From NCBI RefSeq assembly GCF_000008625.1, contig NC_000918.1:1020001-1052000 (forward strand): a stretch of 32,000 nt of DNA, read 5' to 3'. Below the pieces are notes generated by a model. That model was not told the DNA's origin, made no database searches, and worked only from the letters and a program-made list of their open reading frames with translations. This document shows positions 26,831-32,000 of this stretch, piece after piece. Source of the stretch: Aquifex aeolicus VF5 (lineage in GTDB: Bacteria > Aquificota > Aquificia > Aquificales > Aquificaceae). Made by a program: the position numbers and the translations under genes. The number at the start of each line of letters is the position of its first letter. Position 1 is the stretch's first letter.

Positions 26831-26868
26831 AATCAACACTTTTTAGTAGCGGTATTCTCTGAACTCGC

Positions 26869-26900
26869 AGTCGCAATCCCTCACTATTAGGGCGTAACCC
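26869..26900. repeat. Degenerate direct repeat copy 2
   Basis: AGTCGCAATCCCTCACTATTAGGGCGTAACCC; 28/32 identical to copy 1, all differences transitions. Confidence 0.85.
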
Positions 26901-27197
26901 TGCGTGCCTGTGTCTAAAAAATAACGCTCTATCAATAACTTATTAGACTTCTTACCTTCACGAAACGAATGTTAATTTCCGCTAACCCGAGGTTCTGCAA
27001 AATTGAGTATGCCTTTATAAAGTTTTCATACTTGATTTTCAGTCTCTTAAAGCTTGCAGCATCATGATATCATTTCATCACATCATCAAAGCATCGCTTA
27101 TTAGACCCATCATCCCTATTCAGTTGCCAAGGAGCCGGAATAGGGCGAAAAGCCTTTTTTTATAATTATACCTAAAAAAATTTTAAACTTATTAATT

Positions 27198-28631
27198 ATG
27201 TTTAGAAAAGTTCTCGTTGCCAACAGGGGTGAAGTTGCGGTAAGGATAATAAGGGCCTGTAAAGAGCTGGGAATAAAAACAGTTGCGATATATTCGGAAG
27301 CGGATGTGCGTTCCCTCCACGTTAAAAAAGCAGATGAAGCTTACCTCATTACGGGAGATCCGATAAGGGCTTACCTTGATTACGTGAGAATAGTTGACCT
27401 TGCAAAGCAGGTGGGGGCGGATGCCATTCACCCGGGTTATGGCTTTTTGGCGGAAAACGCCGACTTTGCGCGTTACTGCAGGAGGAGGGGGATAACTTTT
27501 ATAGGCCCTACTCCCGAACAAATAGAGATGTTCGGAGATAAAGTAAAGGCTAAAAAGGTTATGAAGGAGGTGGGGCTCCCTACAATACCTGGAACGGAAG
27601 AGCCAGTAAGAACTCTTGAAGATGCAAAACACGCCGTTAAGGAGATAGGTTTCCCCGTGATGCTGAAAGCCGCTTACGGCGGTGGCGGTAGGGGGATGAG
27701 AGTTATTAGAAACGAGGAAGAACTTGAAAAGAACTTCGAGAGCGCGTTCAGGGAAGCGGAAACCTTCTTCGGAAAAGGAGACCTATTTATAGAAAAGTAC
27801 GTGGAAAACCCAAAACACATAGAAGTTCAAATCCTCGGAGATAAGTACGGAAACATAATACACCTAGGAGAAAGAGATTGTTCAATTCAGAGGAGACACC
27901 AGAAGTTAATCGAGATAGCCCCGTCCCCTAAACTCCCTCAGGATCTCAGGATGAAAATCCTCGGAAACGCCGTAAGGGCGATGACAAGAGTAGGATACGA
28001 AAACGCAGGAACACTTGAGTTTTTGGTGGACCTCAAAACGGGAGAGTATTACTTCATTGAGATGAATACAAGACTTCAGGTGGAACACACAATTACGGAA
28101 GCAATTACGGGAGTGGACATAGTTGAAGCGATGATAAGGATAGCGGCGGGAGAACCTTTGCCTTACCTCCAAAGCGATATAACTTTCAGGGGATACGCAA
28201 TAGAGTTCAGGATAAATGCTGAAGATCCTAAGAAAAACTTTGCACCTGCACCCGGTAAAATTACCTCTTATTACTCCCCCGGAGGGCCTGGTGTAAGAAT
28301 AGACGCCTCCGTTTACAAGGACTACATTATCCCGCCCTACTACGATTCCATGATTGCAAAGATGACAGTATGGGCACTAACATGGGAAAAGGCTGTGGCA
28401 AGGGCAAGGAGAGCACTTGATGAGTTCGTAGTGAGGGGAGTTCCCACGAATATACCCCTCTACAGGGAAATAGTAAGAGACCCCGACTTCTTAAAGGGAG
28501 ACTTCGGAACAAGGTTCTTGGAAGAGAAAATAGCGAAGGGAGAGTACGACTTTGAAATAGAAGGCGAAAAGCCCATGGAAGACGTAGTTCTTGCAATATC
28601 GGCGGCTATAGCAGCCCACTACGGACTTTAA
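27198..28631 (+). CDS. Biotin carboxylase subunit (acetyl-CoA/pyruvate/2-oxoglutarate carboxylase type)
   Basis: FRKVLVANRGEVAVRIIRACKELGIKTVAIYSEADV; KAAYGGGGRGMRV; EKYVENPKHIEVQILGDKYGNIIHLGERDCSIQRRHQKLIE; EMNTRLQVEHTITEAITG. Confidence 0.95.
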   Translation: MFRKVLVANRGEVAVRIIRACKELGIKTVAIYSEADVRSLHVKKADEAYLITGDPIRAYLDYVRIVDLAKQVGADAIHPGYGFLAENADFARYCRRRGITFIGPTPEQIEMFGDKVKAKKVMKEVGLPTIPGTEEPVRTLEDAKHAVKEIGFPVMLKAAYGGGGRGMRVIRNEEELEKNFESAFREAETFFGKGDLFIEKYVENPKHIEVQILGDKYGNIIHLGERDCSIQRRHQKLIEIAPSPKLPQDLRMKILGNAVRAMTRVGYENAGTLEFLVDLKTGEYYFIEMNTRLQVEHTITEAITGVDIVEAMIRIAAGEPLPYLQSDITFRGYAIEFRINAEDPKKNFAPAPGKITSYYSPGGPGVRIDASVYKDYIIPPYYDSMIAKMTVWALTWEKAVARARRALDEFVVRGVPTNIPLYREIVRDPDFLKGDFGTRFLEEKIAKGEYDFEIEGEKPMEDVVLAISAAIAAHYGL

Positions 28632-28981
28632 GACTCCTTTTTTGCCCTCCTTTGTTTCTTCTTCTTTTCCTCTTCTTCGGCCATCTTTATCTGTTCTTCA
28701 GGGGAAGGATACGAAAGTCTTATTTCGCCGTTTTTGAGGAGTACGTAGGATTTCTCCAGGATGTCCCTTATACCTTTCTTGTTTTGAAGGAAGTTTTCTA
28801 TCTCCTTTGGTTCGCTGTAACCCTTCATTACGTACTCTCTTTCCTCTCCGTTGTCAAAAATTATCTTTACTTTTAAACACCAGAACTTTGAGTTCTCGGC
28901 GTCGTGACATCTTTCAGGCTCACCCAGCGGTTCTATCTTAACGCTTCTGGCCACTATATCTTCCTGTTTAAAGTCAAGCAT
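28628..28981 (-). CDS. Conserved hypothetical small protein
   Basis: Met at 28981 (MLDFKQEDIVARSVKIEPLGEPERCHDAENSKFWCLKVKII...) preceded by GGAGG; ends in a Lys/Glu-rich tail. The upstream part of the longest ORF (to 29218) overlaps dnaB and is rejected. Confidence 0.65.
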   Translation of the reverse strand: MLDFKQEDIVARSVKIEPLGEPERCHDAENSKFWCLKVKIIFDNGEEREYVMKGYSEPKEIENFLQNKKGIRDILEKSYVLLKNGEIRLSYPSPEEQIKMAEEEEKKKKQRRAKKES

Positions 28982-29036
28982 TTCCGCCTCCTTGAAGTTC
29001 TCGTAAAAACATTTTAACGACTGTAAATTAAATTTA

Positions 29037-30443
29037 ATGCAATTTGTGGATAAACTTCCCTGTGACGAATCCGCCGAGAGGGCGGTTCTTGGCAGTATGC
29101 TTGAAGACCCCGAAAACATACCTCTGGTACTTGAATACCTTAAAGAAGAAGACTTCTGCATAGACGAGCACAAGCTACTTTTCAGGGTTCTTACAAACCT
29201 CTGGTCCGAGTACGGCAATAAGCTCGATTTCGTATTAATAAAGGATCACCTTGAAAAGAAAAACTTACTCCAGAAAATACCTATAGACTGGCTCGAAGAA
29301 CTCTACGAGGAGGCGGTATCCCCTGACACGCTTGAGGAAGTCTGCAAAATAGTAAAACAACGTTCCGCACAGAGGGCGATAATTCAACTCGGTATAGAAC
29401 TCATTCACAAAGGAAAGGAAAACAAAGACTTTCACACATTAATCGAGGAAGCCCAGAGCAGGATATTTTCCATAGCGGAAAGTGCTACATCTACGCAGTT
29501 TTACCATGTGAAAGACGTTGCGGAAGAAGTTATAGAACTCATTTATAAATTCAAAAGCTCTGACAGGCTAGTCACGGGACTCCCAAGCGGTTTCACGGAA
29601 CTCGATCTAAAGACGACGGGATTCCACCCTGGAGACTTAATAATACTCGCCGCAAGACCCGGTATGGGGAAAACCGCCTTTATGCTCTCCATAATCTACA
29701 ATCTCGCAAAAGACGAGGGAAAACCCTCAGCTGTATTTTCCTTGGAAATGAGCAAGGAACAGCTCGTTATGAGACTCCTCTCTATGATGTCGGAGGTCCC
29801 ACTTTTCAAGATAAGGTCTGGAAGTATATCGAATGAAGATTTAAAGAAGCTTGAAGCAAGCGCAATAGAACTCGCAAAGTACGACATATACCTCGACGAC
29901 ACACCCGCTCTCACTACAACGGATTTAAGGATAAGGGCAAGAAAGCTCAGAAAGGAAAAGGAAGTTGAGTTCGTGGCGGTGGACTACTTGCAACTTCTGA
30001 GACCGCCAGTCCGAAAGAGTTCAAGACAGGAGGAAGTGGCAGAGGTTTCAAGAAACTTAAAAGCCCTTGCAAAGGAACTTCACATTCCCGTTATGGCACT
30101 TGCGCAGCTCTCCCGTGAGGTGGAAAAGAGGAGTGATAAAAGACCCCAGCTTGCGGACCTCAGAGAATCCGGACAGATAGAACAGGACGCAGACCTAATC
30201 CTTTTCCTCCACAGACCCGAGTACTACAAGAAAAAGCCAAATCCCGAAGAGCAGGGTATAGCGGAAGTGATAATAGCCAAGCAAAGGCAAGGACCCACGG
30301 ACATTGTGAAGCTCGCATTTATTAAGGAGTACACTAAGTTTGCAAACCTAGAAGCCCTTCCTGAACAACCTCCTGAAGAAGAGGAACTTTCCGAAATTAT
30401 TGAAACACAGGAGGATGAAGGATTCGAAGATATTGACTTCTGA
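29037..30443 (+). CDS. dnaB: Replicative DNA helicase DnaB
   Basis: LPCDESAERAVLGSMLEDPENI; GLPSGFTELDLKTTGFHPGDLIILAARPGMGKTAFML; FSLEMSKEQLVMRLL; VDYLQLLRP; LAQLSREVEKRSDKRPQLADLRESGQIEQDADLILFLHR. Confidence 0.97.
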   Translation: MQFVDKLPCDESAERAVLGSMLEDPENIPLVLEYLKEEDFCIDEHKLLFRVLTNLWSEYGNKLDFVLIKDHLEKKNLLQKIPIDWLEELYEEAVSPDTLEEVCKIVKQRSAQRAIIQLGIELIHKGKENKDFHTLIEEAQSRIFSIAESATSTQFYHVKDVAEEVIELIYKFKSSDRLVTGLPSGFTELDLKTTGFHPGDLIILAARPGMGKTAFMLSIIYNLAKDEGKPSAVFSLEMSKEQLVMRLLSMMSEVPLFKIRSGSISNEDLKKLEASAIELAKYDIYLDDTPALTTTDLRIRARKLRKEKEVEFVAVDYLQLLRPPVRKSSRQEEVAEVSRNLKALAKELHIPVMALAQLSREVEKRSDKRPQLADLRESGQIEQDADLILFLHRPEYYKKKPNPEEQGIAEVIIAKQRQGPTDIVKLAFIKEYTKFANLEALPEQPPEEEELSEIIETQEDEGFEDIDF

Positions 30444-30461
30444 AAATTAAGGTTTTATAAT
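30433..30461 (+). promoter_or_regulatory. Sigma-70 promoter TTGACT-17-TATAAT for tRNA-Asn
   Basis: TTGACT at 30433-30438, TATAAT at 30456-30461, 17-bp spacer, 13 nt before the tRNA 5' end. Confidence 0.8.
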
Positions 30462-30474
30462 TTTATCTTGGCTA

Positions 30475-30550
30475 TCCGGGGTAGCTCAATCGGCAGAGCG
30501 GGTGGCTGTTAACCACCTGGTTGGGGGTTCGAGTCCCTCCCCCGGAGCCA
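30475..30550 (+). tRNA. tRNA-Asn(GTT), CCA encoded
   Basis: Acceptor TCCGGGG/CCCCGGA, anticodon stem GGTGG/CCACC with loop CTGTTAA (anticodon GTT at 30508-30510), T arm GGGGGTTCGAGTCCCTC, discriminator G, genomic CCA. Confidence 0.95.
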
Positions 30551-30572
30551 TTTCCACAATACAATAATTCCT

Positions 30573-31361
30573 ATGTACCTTGTATACGCCCTGAGTTTAG
30601 CTTTTACTTTATCCGTATTCCTCAGCGTGTTCAGTCTATATTACCTCTTTAACCGCTCCCTTGACATTAACTTCGTCCCGAAGGTTAAAAAAGAAGAAAG
30701 TGTGAATTTGGCAAATCTTCAGGGGAAATTGAAGGAGATATTCAATTACTCCGTTCAGGAAGTAAAAACCTCAAAACCTTCGGTGAGCTCCGCTGTTTCT
30801 CCGCCTTCGTTCAAGGTCAAAGGAATTATAATTTCGGAAAGGATAAGGGGTGTGATACTCGAAGAAGGTTCAAAAGATGTTTTCTTATCCGAAGGTCAAT
30901 CTTTCAAGGGCTACAAGCTTGCAAAGGTAGAAAACGATAGGGTAATTTTTGAGAAAAACGGTGTAGAATTTCCCCTAGAGTTTAAAGTAACGAAGGGAGA
31001 AAAGAGTTTAACTCAAGTAAACCCTACTCTTTCAAGCCTTCCCTCGGAAATCGTGGTAAGTAGGAGGGAAATTCTGGAACTCACCAAGGACCCCGCGAAG
31101 ATGTTCACTCAAATACGCTTAGTGCCTTACATAAAAAATGGAAAAACCGAGGGCTTTATATTCGAGTGGGTAAAGCCCGGAAGTTTGTTTTACAAGCTCG
31201 GGCTGAGGAGAGGAGACATTCTCGTTTCCATTAACAACACTACGATAAGGAGCGGAGAGGATGCCTTCAGGATACTGCAAATGATAAGGAACGAACCTAA
31301 CTTAAAAGTAGAGCTTATCAGAAGAGGTAAAAGGGAGGAGATAAATGTCCGAATTGAGTGA
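30573..31361 (+). CDS. gspC: General secretion pathway protein C-like (GspC) with C-terminal PDZ
   Basis: N-term TM, HR-like domain FKVKGIIISERIRGVILEEGSKDVFLSEGQSFKGYKLAKVENDRVIFEKNG, PDZ GSLFYKLGLRRGDILVSINNTTI. Confidence 0.75.
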   Translation: MYLVYALSLAFTLSVFLSVFSLYYLFNRSLDINFVPKVKKEESVNLANLQGKLKEIFNYSVQEVKTSKPSVSSAVSPPSFKVKGIIISERIRGVILEEGSKDVFLSEGQSFKGYKLAKVENDRVIFEKNGVEFPLEFKVTKGEKSLTQVNPTLSSLPSEIVVSRREILELTKDPAKMFTQIRLVPYIKNGKTEGFIFEWVKPGSLFYKLGLRRGDILVSINNTTIRSGEDAFRILQMIRNEPNLKVELIRRGKREEINVRIE

Positions 31362-32000
31362 AAGCTTTGAGTACATAGTAGAAGAAGAAAACGAGAGGGA
31401 ACTCCTCGTAATCGTCCCTCAAAATTACAACTTTTTTGCAGTTGAGGAACTGAGATTTAAGAAGGGGAAGGACGTAAAACTAAAAGTTTTGAGCGAAGAG
31501 GAATACGCAAAGCTCATTCAGGACAGGATTTCCGGGGAAAACGTAGTACTTGAAGAGGAAGAAGAGAGGGAAGAAAAGAGCGAGGACATACTCTTCCAGA
31601 GGGACACATCACCTGCCGTAAGGCTGGTGAACACTGTTCTCATAAAAGCCTCTTCCGTTAACGCCTCGGATGTCCACTTTGAACCTTACGAGGACGAAGC
31701 GGTAGTCAGGATAAGGATGGACGGAGTTCTCCACGACTATACTAAGGTATCGCCTTCCCTCTATCAGGAAGTGGTATCCCGCATAAAAGTTATGGCAAAA
31801 CTGAACGTTGCGGAAAAGAGGATACCGCAGGACGGCAAAATAAGGGTGAAGATAGGAAAGAGGGACTACGATATCAGAGTTTCCGTAGTGCCGACCGTTT
31901 TTGGGGAAAGGGTAGTTCTGAGACTCCTTGAAAAGACTGGACAACTTTTAACACTCTCAGACCTCGGTTTATCGAAAGGAGACGAAGAAAAGGTGAGAAG
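31345..32000 (+). CDS. gspE: Type II secretion ATPase GspE, truncated by window end
   Basis: ATG at 31345 (MSELSESFEYIVEEENERELLVIVP...), then LVNTVLIKASSVNASDVHFEPYEDEAVVRIRMDGVLHDY...LNVAEKRIPQDGKIRVKIGKRDYDIRVSVVPTVFGERVVLRLL. Confidence 0.9.
   Translation, partial: MSELSESFEYIVEEENERELLVIVPQNYNFFAVEELRFKKGKDVKLKVLSEEEYAKLIQDRISGENVVLEEEEEREEKSEDILFQRDTSPAVRLVNTVLIKASSVNASDVHFEPYEDEAVVRIRMDGVLHDYTKVSPSLYQEVVSRIKVMAKLNVAEKRIPQDGKIRVKIGKRDYDIRVSVVPTVFGERVVLRLLEKTGQLLTLSDLGLSKGDEEKVR

Noticed and set aside
26799-26900. Calling a functional CRISPR array
   Set aside because: Only two degenerate repeats, no third unit and no cas genes in the window; kept as a repeat/relic hypothesis.
27192-27632. 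Minus-strand 146-aa ORF opposite biotin carboxylase
   Set aside because: Complement of strongly conserved carboxylase motifs; composition and position indicate a shadow ORF.
28982-29218. N-terminal part of the 196-aa minus ORF overlapping dnaB
   Set aside because: Antisense to the dnaB 5' end; Met at 28981 with a GGAGG upstream gives a coherent 117-aa protein.

Overview
Gene-dense chromosomal window of an Aquificales bacterium. Several proteins, above all the Argonaute, match what I remember of Aquifex aeolicus; this is recall, not a search. On the + strand there are tandem prepilin-like genes ending in a large bactofilin/beta-helix-like prepilin, then a peptide-binding protein, a CxxC thioredoxin-fold protein and a 1054-aa SBP-like/PAS/GAF/PAS/GGDEF/EAL protein. 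The minus strand then carries a tightly packed run: Nudix - long prokaryotic Argonaute (PAZ/PIWI) - small coiled-coil membrane protein - Cu+ P-type ATPase - AMMECR1. Next come HtrA, a short sigma-70 factor, a FIST-domain gene split by a frame change, a GGDEF protein, a methyltransferase, a gcvT split by a frame change, a tnpB with an unusual RuvC/zinc-finger region, TauE/SafE, RluB-type pseudouridine synthase, a GspM-like protein, folP-cdaA-ybbR, DUF2892, a biotin carboxylase, dnaB, tRNA-Asn and gspC-gspE (the last truncated by the window end). The main leads are: (1) the Nudix-Ago-membrane coiled-coil cluster; (2) the atypical TnpB with a hairpin-rich 3' end; (3) a ~520 bp non-coding gap with two degenerate 32-bp repeats at CRISPR-like 70-nt spacing, a long wobble-tolerant hairpin and a possible gene relic; (4) three frame anomalies between 17.2 and 20.7 kb; (5) the giant prepilin.
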